Below, in pieces: positions 11,399 through 22,890 of a stretch of DNA of 64,000 nucleotides. The number at the start of each line of letters is the position of its first letter. Positions within the stretch are counted from its first letter, which is position 1. This stretch comes from Patellaria atrata CBS 101060. Lineage: Eukaryota. Position numbers and translations under genes: made by a program. The stretch covers positions 620,001 through 684,000 of the forward strand of contig MU006090.1 of the NCBI GenBank assembly GCA_010093705.1, in the 5' to 3' direction. The notes under the pieces were generated by a model. The model saw only the letters and a program-made list of their open reading frames with translations. It searched no databases and was not told the origin of the DNA.

Positions 11399-13347
11399 TC
11401 ATCGTCTCATGCCCTGACCTTGCTGCTGTGGCATTGAGTGCATGCCGAGAGGTTGACCATTGGGTTGAATGCCCATGCCGTATGGGTTAGCGTGATGATT
11501 CATTTCACCGAGGAAATGGCTCATAGCCATGCCGCCAAGACCTTGCGATTGAGAAACAGGGCAGTCTTTATGAGCAAGGAGGAGAGTCTTCAGGTTGACG
11601 ATTTCCTCACGCAACTGAGTGACAGTAGCAGAAAGTGCGTCATTCTCGGTAGAGAACAACTCGACTTTGGCTTGCAGATTTGCTAACCATTGCTTCTTAC
11701 GTTGACGACATTTGAGAGCGGCAACCCTGGAAAGAGATTAGCATAAGTGACGGCTATAACGTCAGAAAGGAACATACCTGTTGCGTTCGAGAAAGTTCTT
11801 GCGCTTCTCCTCATCGGTCATCTTCTTGTTACCTTGACCTCCTTCAGTCTTGTGGTCTTCGTCTTCTTCTGAGTCATCCATTTCCATATCCATGGGCTCT
11901 CCACTCATAGACTTGGCCTTCTTGCTCGGTGGAGCCTTCACGCTATCGTCAGCTTTGCGACGACCGTTAGTTTGACCCTTTGGAGCTGCGCCCTTCTTTC
12001 CTCTGTTTCTTGTTGTGGGCTTGGTTTGTTCGCTTTGATTGCTATCGGAGAAGTCTCCAGTCTCTGCTGAGTTTGCAATGCTTGTGATTGAGTTCTTAGC
12101 TCGTCTCGATGTTGGGGAGGTATCTTGAGATTGACCACCCATTTGATGATTTAAATTGGTGTTTACAGCATGTGCGGGCTGTCCTGGTACAGCAAATTGA
12201 CTGTTGTTGGCGCGGTTAGCTCCATTAGCTTGAGCTAGCATAAACAATCCATTCGCGGCATCATTGGCATCGTGTTGACCGAAAGGATCTGCTTGATTTT
12301 GCTGCGGTTGTGCAGCAGTCGGTTGTCTGGGTTCTGGAACACTCATGGAGACAGGTGGTTTAGACGTAGGTGGATTATTATTACTAAAACTGTTGGCTTT
12401 GGAAGCTGCTGCAGCACTTAGGGCTGTTCGTTGGAATTCAATTGTGCTGGGAGTTGCGCCACCGCTTTGAAGGGAGTTGAAAAATGCTTGAGAGCCTGGA
12501 CTGGGAACAGGGAACATAGACCCGCCACCACCGGGGGTCAACCCAGTCCGAAGAGATGATTCGTTAGGTGTAAAGAGACCACGAGTGAGATGAGATTCAC
12601 TGAAGTAGTCACCTGCACTGGTAGGCCCAGTAAGCATAGCAGGACTGAGCGGACCAGACCTTAGGGAATTAGGCCAACCAGGAGTACCACCAGGTATTAA
12701 AGAAGCTGGAGAGGTGATGCTTGCAACGGGAGGAAGAAGACTTTTCCCAGGTGTGTCTCCAGTAGAGCTAAATGCTTGATCGAAAGGGTTGGGTTCGACA
12801 GGAAAATTATTACTGTTATGTTGTTGGTTGAAATAATCAGGCTGATCAGATCCGGTGTTGTTCTGTGGTCGAGGAGGAGGTGCTAACGGCTGCGCATTGG
12901 AGTTATTATTCGAGGTGTTAGAGGGTTCGTCGACGTTTGATGGTTCTAAGGCTTGTTAGTTATGACACAGTGAAGAGGCGATAGAGCATTAAGGAGGTTC
13001 CGACTCTGTAGCGACATACCTGATCGAACAGCATCTGGTTCCTTGATGTCCTCAGCCGGTTGCGACGTATACTCCTTTTTCACATTGTCTGGCGCAAACA
13101 CTTAGTACAAGAAGCAAGAAGATGCAGACGATAGATGGGAGATGAGGTGCATGATGCGCAATTGAGGTGGCGCATCATGGTAAGTCAAGGATGACGGTGA
13201 CTATAGTGATTGTAAATGCGAAGAATAAAATGGAATTGACTTACCTTCACGATGACTGTTGATCTGTTTCTTGGAGTCTCGTGGTGAGGACATCCTCGAA
13301 TTCAAGTGGGGAGAGTTGTTGTTACTTCGAGTAGCAACGGCGGCCAT
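11399..13347 (-). CDS. atf1: ATF/CREB-family bZIP stress transcription factor Atf1/AtfA (exons 13347-13245, 13088-13020, 12945-11778, 11726-11399)
   Basis: The spliced product has PLAPPPRP, EPNPFDQAF, RSGPLSPAML and LRTGLTPGGGGSMFP (Aft1 OSA/HRA/HRR-type motifs). The bZIP EEKRKNFLERNRVAALKCRQRKKQWL is reconstituted across intron 11777-11727. Confidence 0.95.
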
Positions 13348-15693
13348 GATGAGTGACGTAGATATTCTATCCCGTCGATCCTTTGCTCTTTCCAGCTACG
13401 TTTTGGCTAACAAGGGAAAGCGCAAATCGTATTCTCCGCCCTTCTTCGCTGGCACCAAACTTGGCCCTTTCGTCGACAACCTTATTAATGTCTTTGATTG
13501 TATAGAAATAAATTGTTTTATCCGCGAACCGAACTAGAGGAAATGGTTTATCTGTAGCCATTGTGCATTAGTAAAACCATGCGCGGCAAGTGTGCTGTTG
13601 CGCTGCGATAAGCTCCTCTTTTTCCGAAGAGGTGGCCGTTTTGTTGGTTTGATGAGACGGAAGGTGGAAGGTGGCAAAATCGGAGAGGAGGCGATTCAGG
13701 CGCAAGACTTACCGCGCGACCAAAATGTCCAACTGACAACCACAACCCCAACTTTCACAACTTCATCGACCGTTCAAGACGCAACTCGATTGTGTATATA
13801 TCCCAGTGATACCGATGAAAGAATAACTTTCAAAGGTCGTGGTGATGATTCTGCCCCAACGAAGAGGTCGAGCGCGCGCCGGGTGGTGACGCAATGATGA
13901 GAAAAGGAGAGGGAAAAAAAGGACAAAGCAGTAATGGGCAACAACAGCCAGTAGTCAACTGTCTTCCGGTCGCTGTTGCTTAATTCGATTTCGGAAAGTG
14001 TAATGTCTGACACTTGAGGCTTGTAGCCGTAAAGCCGTACACAAGGCCGGTACCCAGTAAATGCGCGTTTGGGTTGATCGGTTTCTGGTCGATGATGTAG
14101 CTGGCGAGGGAGTTTAGAAATGACGCAGCAGGCGCGCCGTAGAAATATTTGTGCCAGTGATAGAATTAAGGAGTCCTTGGCATCACGTGCCAGCACACAC
14201 CATTCCTTTTTCTGCTTCTCTAATTATTAATCCTCCAACTTTCGCTCTCAACAACCTAACAACCCCCGAGAATAAATCGGTAATATAATATTGCGGATCT
14301 CTTACCTTTTATCTCCAACCTAATCAGCATTCTACAATTGCTTGTTCTCACACTCAAAATATCCTGAATCATGTTGGCTATGTTTTTGGGTTTTTGTATG
14401 ACTGACTCAGATCGGCCGATCTGCCTAAGATCACGTGCTTCGAGATTACCGAAATCGCCGATACTCCGGCAAATGCGGACCCGCCGCGGAAGGTCTGTCA
14501 TCGTGAAGCAGCTCGACATCATGGCCATCCTGCAAAATCTGATTCTACAACTCTGCATATACGGTCCTTCGAAAAAAAGGTCTCTCGCGGTCTCGCCTCA
14601 AAGTGAAGCTAAACTTGAGCCTCTTCTTCCGCTTAGAATTACCTATTTGCAACAGCTCAAGCAAAGAAAACGCAAACTTCTACTTCCCCCTCTCCCCAGA
14701 ATCTGGGGATGACCTTGACCTGATATCTCATTTTGTAAACCTGTATCGTTCCATCGTTCCGTACTACTACTTGGTACAGTACCTTACTCGCAGCTATGCA
14801 GATCATTTACGGAACTTCAAGTCTGAAGCCTCAACCGGAGAGCTGCAGTCGGGCCTTGGCGCTTCGAGCATGCGTCTGCTGTGATGCCCGATAGACGTCA
14901 GACTCAGGGTTGAAACATAACATTCATCTTTCAGAGGAAGACGATCATTGGTGCTATTATAGTATTATACAGCACCAGCTAATCGTATCGGTCCCTTTAC
15001 GAAGTAATTCCTGCGAAGTACTCGTAACGTGGCTAAGGTAAGAAGAGAAGGGATTAGAATGATACTTCTAATATAAGGTAGGATCGGACAGACCGCCTTG
15101 AGAAGCAAACGCATATATAGGAAGATAGTATATGCTCTAAAAGTTGTAAAGGAAGTAGACCCGATTGGAAAGCTTTGTATATGCTTCATTTTCTTGCAGT
15201 AGATAGACCAAGAAGAGAATAGGCTTCATTCTCTAGCATTGGACAGACTAAAAAGCGAAGGAATACGTGAAAAACAAAATGAAAAATAAACATGGGGAGT
15301 AGATGCGCATATACAGGTACTGGAGAAGGGAGAGTGCTGAACCCTACAGAAAGAAAATGACTACTGTACTGTATGACAAAGGAACCCGGACACGTACGGT
15401 AAGGTGTGATGTCCTGTATGGAGTGGAAATAAAGCAAATAGCAAAGAGCCAAAAGCTAGGACTACCGCCAGATGCTCACACTACTGTAATAACCAAGTTC
15501 TCCTGATAGAAGTACTACGATATGGGATTGTCCCGTCATCGGTACATCCGTTAAGTCTCGATCCTATGCTCCTTAGTGATATCCAACATCCAGATACAAA
15601 ACGAAACCCATACCTTTATCACCCACCCATTCTCCAACTAAGCCTGCATACAGTACACCATAGCACCACGTCCTACTCTCCCCTACCAACCCC

Positions 15694-16332
15694 CTACCCC
15701 ATCCACTTCGCCGCCTGATTCGGCACCAATCCCCTCACAACCTCAACCCCCCTCTCATGCCCCCTCCTCCTCTCCCTCCCCTCCCCCCTCGCAGCCATCC
15801 CATCCCCCCTCCGCCCTCCTACAAACACAACAACAAAATCCCCCACCGTCTCCCCCGGCCCCACAACCCCCAACGGCGCAATCCGACAATACCTCCCAAC
15901 CCTAGCACCAGCCCCCACCCTCGCCGCAGCCTCGACGACGGACCCCTCACCGACAACGGCGCCCGCCTCAACCACAGCGCCAGCTTCGAGCGTGACGTTG
16001 GCGCCGAGTATCGTTTTGATATCCCCATCATTTTTAATCCCCCCTGTATAATCACCAGCGGCTTTAACACCCAAGCCCACCCGTTCCCCTACTACGCTCC
16101 CCTCCCCGATCTCCACGGCCCCGACTACGCTCTCGACCCGACAGTACGGATGCAACACCGCGCCCGCCGCGACACTGACACGATGAGTGCCGGTCAGGAG
16201 TGCGTGGTTGGCGATGACGGCGCTCGGGGCGATGATTGTGGGGGGTTTGGGCGTCGAGGGCGCGGTTGAGGCACGGCGGGCGGTGGCGGCGGTGAGGGCG
16301 GCGGTGCGGGCGGCTGCCGCTGCTGCGGCCAT
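15694..16332 (-). CDS. Dynactin p27 (DCTN6)-like left-handed beta-helix protein
   Basis: Hexapeptide repeats (IAPSAVIANHALLTG, AGAVLHP, IGEGSVVGE, VGAGARVGRYCRIAP) in the order typical of fungal dynactin subunit 6. Confidence 0.7.
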   Translation of the reverse strand: MAAAAAAARTAALTAATARRASTAPSTPKPPTIIAPSAVIANHALLTGTHRVSVAAGAVLHPYCRVESVVGAVEIGEGSVVGERVGLGVKAAGDYTGGIKNDGDIKTILGANVTLEAGAVVEAGAVVGEGSVVEAAARVGAGARVGRYCRIAPLGVVGPGETVGDFVVVFVGGRRGDGMAARGEGRERRRGHERGVEVVRGLVPNQAAKWMG

Positions 16333-16956
16333 TGTGTGCGAAAGGTCGGTGCGCGGTGGTGAGTTGATCGGTGTGGGAACTTTGTGTGGGTTGTGGGTTG
16401 TGTTGGGAAGGTGTCGTGGTTGGTTGGGATGGATGGAGGGCTCTTCGCTTTTTGTGGTTTGGATATGCTGATGCGGAATCTGTGATGTCGTGGGTTTGAA
16501 AGCTGGAGTTGTGGGATGATTTGTGGTTGTTAGCGGGGAGGTGAGGGGAGTTGGGGGACATATGAGGTAAACGCGTCGAGATGGGACGCGGGGTCACGGG
16601 GTAAGGAATGTCGCTATAAAGGGTCTTTAATCCATCCTGCTACGTCAAATTCGTGATAGAGGAGAGAGCGATTTGCAAGTACTAAATTAAGCACCAATAG
16701 AATAAAGGGGACATTACAATTCTATATCATCTCTTCATAGCCCATGCTCATGAGGACATGGTCAGGACATGTCTGATCCCTAGAACTATACGAGATAATA
16801 GTCGTGACCCTCCCCCTATGTCAACATTTTCCACCGAATCTGATTTTTGCGATTCTAATACAGTATGCTTACGCCGTACGCCACATACCATGCAACCTCC
16901 CGTCTTCCCAATACACAATATTCCAATTACCCACAATACAGCAGCATCAGCGACCC

Positions 16957-17804
16957 CTAATAATCACTCCCGGCAAACCCCAACTTCCCCTCCTTCCCCT
17001 CCACATAGTTCACCATGTCGTCAATCGTGCACACCTTCAACCCCCACTTCTTCCCAAAGGCCAACAGTTCATCCCTCTTCATCATATCTCCACCCACCAT
17101 CTCCGTCTTCCCCTCAATCACCTCCCCGTCCGTGATCATTTCGCAGATAACCCCCACTGGTTGCTTCCCCGCGAGCCTACAAAGCTCCACCGCAGCCTCC
17201 GTATGTCCATGGCGCGCTCTGATCCCACCTTCCCTCGCCTGCAGCGGGAGCACATGACCCGGTCTCCTAAAGCTCGTCGGCTTCGACCCCGGGTCCGCAA
17301 GCATACGGCACGTGAGCGCTCTATCGTGCGCCGAAATACCGGTTGTGATACCCGGGACATTGGCGTCAACCGTGACGGCGTACGCGGTCCGGTTGGGATC
17401 TGCATTGTCTGAGACCATCTGCGGGAGGTCGAGTTCGACGGCGCGAGAGACGGGCATGGGCGCGCAGATGTAGCCGGAAGTGTAGCGGATCATGAAGGCC
17501 ATTTTGGCCGCGGTGAGGTCTTCGGCGGCGATGATGAGGTCGCCTTCATTCTCTCGGGCGGGATTGTCGAGAACAACTACGAATTCTCCTCTTGCTAAAC
17601 CATACCGTCAGCGATTGTATTAAGGATTTTGTGGTGGCGAGAGAGAGGAGTAGACATACCAAATGCTTCTATGGTGTCTGGTATCGAGTCGAAAGCGGGG
17701 TGAGCGGGTTGCGACACACCGGCCACATGGCTCTTGGTATGCCCATGAACGTGACCGTTCATATAAACGCTTGTGGTTTCTTTGATAATTGCTGAAGGGG
17801 CCAT
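16957..17804 (-). CDS. RIB3: 3,4-dihydroxy-2-butanone-4-phosphate synthase (exons 17804-17660, 17594-16957)
   Basis: Spliced sequence FARGEFVVVLDNPARENEGDLIIAA, plus TTGISAHDRALT, FRRPGHVLPL and GHTEAAVELCRLAG. Confidence 0.96.
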
Positions 17805-18306
17805 TGTGTGAAGTCGAAGTTGTTGGAAATCTAGATCCAAAATCGATGATATATGCCGCGCGGAAGTTAACCGTCCCTTGTTCGATCGGCTCTGCTTAGG
17901 AAGAATCGGTCGGAATTCTGTCAGCTGCAATTAGGTGATGCGGGTGGGTGAAGATGTTGAAATTGAGATGATAAAGCGAGGATTGAGCTCAGGCGTGATC
18001 ATGGTGAGAATGGTGAAGCGCATTGGCAAGTCCATACTTTTTACATATAATCCAAAGTGTCCGAATCGACCGTCAATTTGTCCTCGTGAACGGACATGGC
18101 TGAGATGGGGACAGAATTCCTCGGGCCGGAGAGGAGCCGGAAACGCAGCAGTCACAAGCTGAGCAAAGAGAAAGTTGGTTATAGGATAATGAGAGGTTGA
18201 AGATTTTCTTATACTTTACAGCTTACTCTGCAGATATAGCAATGACCTCAACCAACATATCCAACATAAACCATATTCATACAAGTACAATATATACTGC
18301 ATATCG

Positions 18307-20652
18307 TTACACTAGCTTGAAAATCCCACTGGTTCCCTCAAACGCCGTGATCGAACCTCTCAATGACTTTGAATCACCATAATACTTGATCCTATACGTT
18401 CCAGCTGTCGTCTCAATATGATCCCATCCTCCAGTCTCCCAAGTGATGGTAACTTCACTAGTCCCAAGAGTGGTGCTAGTTCTCTTCCACTCGAATAGGA
18501 GATCCCAATCAGCATCATTGCGGATCATTTCCCATGACCCATCGCCAGCTTGTTTCTCTACTGCAGCATACGTCTTCTCCAGACGAAGATTGTTACGAGG
18601 ATTTGCACCCACGAAAGTGACGGAAACTTTGGCTCCAACGGCATATGATGCTGGAGCGTTCTTAGTAACCTGACCGAATTTCTTGCCAATCCCTGCCGAG
18701 TCGAACACGACACCTGTGATAAAACTGAGACTTCTTTCTCTATTATCTGGGGGAGCTGGACCGGCTGCGGGATGAGCTGTACTCGGTTGTTCGGGAGACA
18801 GATACGGGAGATTTGATAATGTGAGATTGATGTACGCAGCTAGCGTATGAGGCCCGTAAAGCGTAGAAGCACCCTCATAGCGTTGAATACCATATTCGGC
18901 TGTAGTTGTGATGTAGTGCGTATAGGAATTGGCAGGTCCACCGAGTACTACAATCGGATCCTCATCAAGGAAGGACTCAGCAGATGAAGCAACAGCTTCA
19001 CGCCATTGCCGACCCGCCATTGTACTTGCTTCGCCTGGAGAAACAATAATGACAAGCTGACCCACTCTAAGGGCTTGGATATCGACAATATTCGGTGTCC
19101 AGTCATATGGAACCTTAGCAGCACCGACATCGAGGAGAATAGGTTTTGGGGCCTGACACTCGCGCTGTTCCGGAGAAGGCGGATGGAGGAGGCCACCTAC
19201 AACAGACCAAAGAGGATTATCTCCGTTACCAGAGTCGTTCTGCGTGAAATCAAACGCACCGGGACCATCACTGGTGCCAGCTGCGAAGGAGTATCCCAGC
19301 GCAGCACTGCAGGTCTTAACTACAGTGCCGTTGGGCAACGCGAAACTGTACTTCGAAAGGTCTTTGAAAGTGTGAAAGGAGCGGATTGTACCACCTTTTA
19401 CAGGTGTCCCAGCATAATCGTAGGCTGCGCGAGCTCCCGCGTATTGACGTTTCCCAATCTCATAGCAGGATTTGGTGCCAGCGTCATTAAGGCCGAAGAA
19501 TGGACCTCGGCCATGACAGTCTTGACTTTTACCACCGCAAGTGCTGTCATTGAAGCGACATTCAGAACCACTGCCATCCTCACAGTAGGCTCCCATGACG
19601 TTAGGAGTTGTATCCCCTACATTGGCTTGTGAGAATCCAGCAACGAAATCTGAAGCTGCATTTGCAGTGCCAGATATTTCATCCTCAAATAACTTAGCTG
19701 CTACTCCTTTGTTGTCAGCCGTGATAATGGTATTATTCCCGAGCATAGATGTCCCATGGACAGCGAACCATGTTAGGATACCAATATTCTTTCCATCACT
19801 GCTTCGTTGGAATTTTAGAAGAGTTAGAGTCTTATCAACACTCTCAGAGTACCTATTGCGTTCAGATTCAGGGTTAGCAAGATAAGCATAAAGACTACGG
19901 TTAATGTTGGCATCCGAGACAGCTGTTGTCGCTACACTGAGCGTTCCAGCTTCTGCGCTCTCGTGGGCTCGTCGAATGGATAGGAGTGCTCCATCAACGA
20001 TAGCTTGGTAGCTCTGCTTATCAAATCCCTTTGCAGTAATTTGGGGTAGGAGGTAATTCAACCAAGCAGCTGGCCCCGAATGGGAATGCGTGCCGGTTAC
20101 AGCAACATTGTGCTGGTCATACATGGCATAACCGCCACCTAATGCTTTCAGTCCGTCCAGAATACCGTTTCTGACTGCGGTGTCTCCAGACTGGGTGTCT
20201 AGGACAAGGTAAACAAAACGGTCGCTAGGGTTGGAAACGTCTCCGATTACGAAAGCTCTTGAGTAGAGACGTTGGCGGAGACCGGTGCCGATTTGGCTGC
20301 CGTTGGCATATCCCATAAGGTTAAGCTCAACGACCGGACTGTTATCTCAGTCAGCACTCACACATTCAACCTCTACAATCCTACGAAAGACATACCCAGT
20401 AATATCCGCTTTCCCCACCCCGATCAAATATTGATCGCCATCCTCAGCTTGTATGCTCCCCGTATCTGCTTTGAAACCACCGCTCAGCACCGTCTGCCAC
20501 AAATCCCCAGTGTCCCAAAAGCTCTTACCTCTCGCGCCATTCCAGTGCCACAGTCGCTGTCCCGTCGCTCCCCTATCCGCGAACAGCTGCGCCAGCAAGA
20601 CGAGCAGAAGCGTCGACGCCGCTAGGGCGACTGCGAGATGCGAACGTGCCAT
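18307..20652 (-). CDS. Neutral/alkaline non-lysosomal ceramidase (exons 20652-20396, 20338-18307)
   Basis: N-terminal membrane anchor. YLIGVGKADITG|PVVELNLMGYA across intron 20395-20339. THSHSGP, WFAVHGTSM, SQANVGDTTPN and QRYEGASTLYGP motifs. Confidence 0.96.
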
Positions 20653-21321
20653 ACTCGGAGAAGAGACTCGACGAGCTGAGCGTTCATAAGGGGAGCTTTT
20701 CAGTCCGGACAGAGGCGACGCGAGAGCTTTATGCTATTGTTTTCATCCCCGGGGATTGAAGAGGCGCGTGGAAGGGAGAGACTTGTTTGCGAGTACGAGG
20801 GTGGCTACTGGTCGGCTACACAGAAGCTGGGGTAAATAGGCAGGGTGGACACGGAGGAGGGAACAAAGACGGTTGGTTGGATATGTAGAGCCAGACTATT
20901 AATTTCGATGGGTGAAATGCCCTTTGGGGATTCCCAGTTGCTAGATATGTTATAGTTGGAATATTGAGTATGTTAAGAGCCCCTTAACCATGAAGTTACT
21001 ATCATACTGGTATGTGCCTTGTGCCTGTCATGCAGAGGCGACGTTTGGCTATGCTCATCCCAGAACAACGCCCCCCTATCCTTCCCCCCCCCCCAAACTT
21101 CCGTTGCGACATGACGTCCAACCACGCAACCGAGGCGGGGATTAGTCGGCAACGGGATGACCGATAATTTCTCACGCGACAGGGCAAGTTTAACCGAGTC
21201 AACATATCGTAGCTCTCATGTCGAACAAAAAACACCATCTAAACATACACACAGCACTCTTCTGATATCCACCATCTCCCAACTCCTTCTCCTCCCACAC
21301 ACGTAAAAATTCAACCCAACA

Positions 21322-21945
21322 ATGCCCCTCCAAACCCCCTCGCACACCTCCCTCCCCCAGATCGACCCGCCACCCACCGCCTCCGAAGCCACAACAATCA
21401 CCGCCCTCATAACCGCCGAACTCGCCAATGTCGACACCAGCACCCTCCACCCACTGCTCCCAACCACCTACACGCCCCACTTCACCCCCCTCATGACCCG
21501 CGCACACGACGCCCTCGCCTCCTCCACCCCCATGGACCCAGGCATAGACCTAACACGCTACGAAGCCCTCTCGGCCCCCCCCTCCTCAACCCAAACCCAG
21601 ACATACCACCAACTGCTACAGCGCGCACACACCCTGCACACCTACCTCGCCTCCCGCGCCGCTCACCTCTCCCTCCTAGAGACCTACGGCAAAAACGCCT
21701 GGCTCGTCTCCAACGCGGCGCTGGAAGCCTCACTCGGGGCCTTGGAGCGCGAAATCCGCGCCGTGAGGGCGGAGAGGGAGGGGGTTGAGATGGCGAGACG
21801 GGAGGTCCAGGAGGGCGTCAGGGCTGAGATTGCGGGGTTGGAGGAGGGCTGGAGGAGGGGTGTTGGACGCGTTGTTGAGACCGAGGTTGCGGCGGAGGGG
21901 GTGAGGAGGGAGGCGGTCGAGAGGAGGAGGCGCGCCGCGAGGTGA
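21322..21945 (+). CDS. Pre-mRNA splicing factor SPF27/BCAS2 (Cwf7)
   Basis: GIDLTRYEAL, HLSLLETYGKNAWLVSNAALE and a C-terminal coiled coil (LEEGWRRGVGRVVETEVAAE). Confidence 0.88.
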   Translation: MPLQTPSHTSLPQIDPPPTASEATTITALITAELANVDTSTLHPLLPTTYTPHFTPLMTRAHDALASSTPMDPGIDLTRYEALSAPPSSTQTQTYHQLLQRAHTLHTYLASRAAHLSLLETYGKNAWLVSNAALEASLGALEREIRAVRAEREGVEMARREVQEGVRAEIAGLEEGWRRGVGRVVETEVAAEGVRREAVERRRRAAR

Positions 21946-22709
21946 GATGTAGGGACCGGGAGATGGGGTCAAGGGAGTCAGTGGTGGTAGTGGGTTGAGG
22001 GATCCGGAGGACTTTGGACGTGGTTTCGTGGGACGTGCGGAGCTCCCGTGTGTGGGAAGCTGGAAATCGGAGGGGATGGAAAGAGGTTCGAGTCGAGACT
22101 GGTGGGATCGGAGGAGATCTTTGGCGGCGATGGGATATCATGGCAAATCAGAGCCATTCGAGCGTCGTAGGAGCTGTGGCCGTGGGTTACTGTAGCAGAA
22201 AACTGTCTTTTGGGGTTTTAAGGGTCTGAACTGGTATCATCGTGGTGTAGCATACTCCAACCCGCTCTTAGAAACGAATAAAACATAAATCTATTACTCC
22301 AACCGGGAAGTTTATCCCCACACTTTACTGCTATCTTCCCACGTCCATTTGTTAAATTCGACTAAATGACGCCGGTTGTACCGTACACGTCTCTATATCC
22401 CGCACTCCCTAACAAACGTATCATCAACAATAGTCGGCGTTTCTATTCCCTCAAGTACCAATACCGGTTTTTACATGTTCCTACAATCCAAGGGGTCTCT
22501 TGGTAGTCCGTGTAGGGATCGGGATATCCACCGGATGTTGTGGAAAGTGGACACGGCGAGCTCTGTTGTCCGTCCAAGGGTTCACCAGATAGTTGGGGGA
22601 TGAATAGTGACGGGGTGAGAGGGTCAAATGAGTGGGTGAACGTCTATGCTAATCCCATATTTTCCACGCATCTATCTCTATCTATCTATATATACAATAT
22701 CATTGCTCT

Positions 22710-22875
22710 CCCACGCTCCAACCACTCATCTAACTCTACCCTCGTATACCCAGCTCAAATTCCTCCCACACTATTACCCCCCCCCCCCCCCCCCCCCCAC
22801 GCTCCAACCACTCATCTAACTCTACCCTCGTATACCCAGCTCAAATTCCTCCCACACTATTACCCCCCCCCCCCC
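22710..22875. repeat. Exact ~66-bp tandem duplication, each copy ending in a poly-C tract (22 C at 22777-22798; 13 C at 22863-22875)
   Basis: CCACGCTCCAACCACTCATCTAACTCTACCCTCGTATACCCAGCTCAAATTCCTCCCACACTATTA occurs twice. Confidence 0.92.
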
Positions 22876-22890
22876 TCCTCTCCTTTTCCC

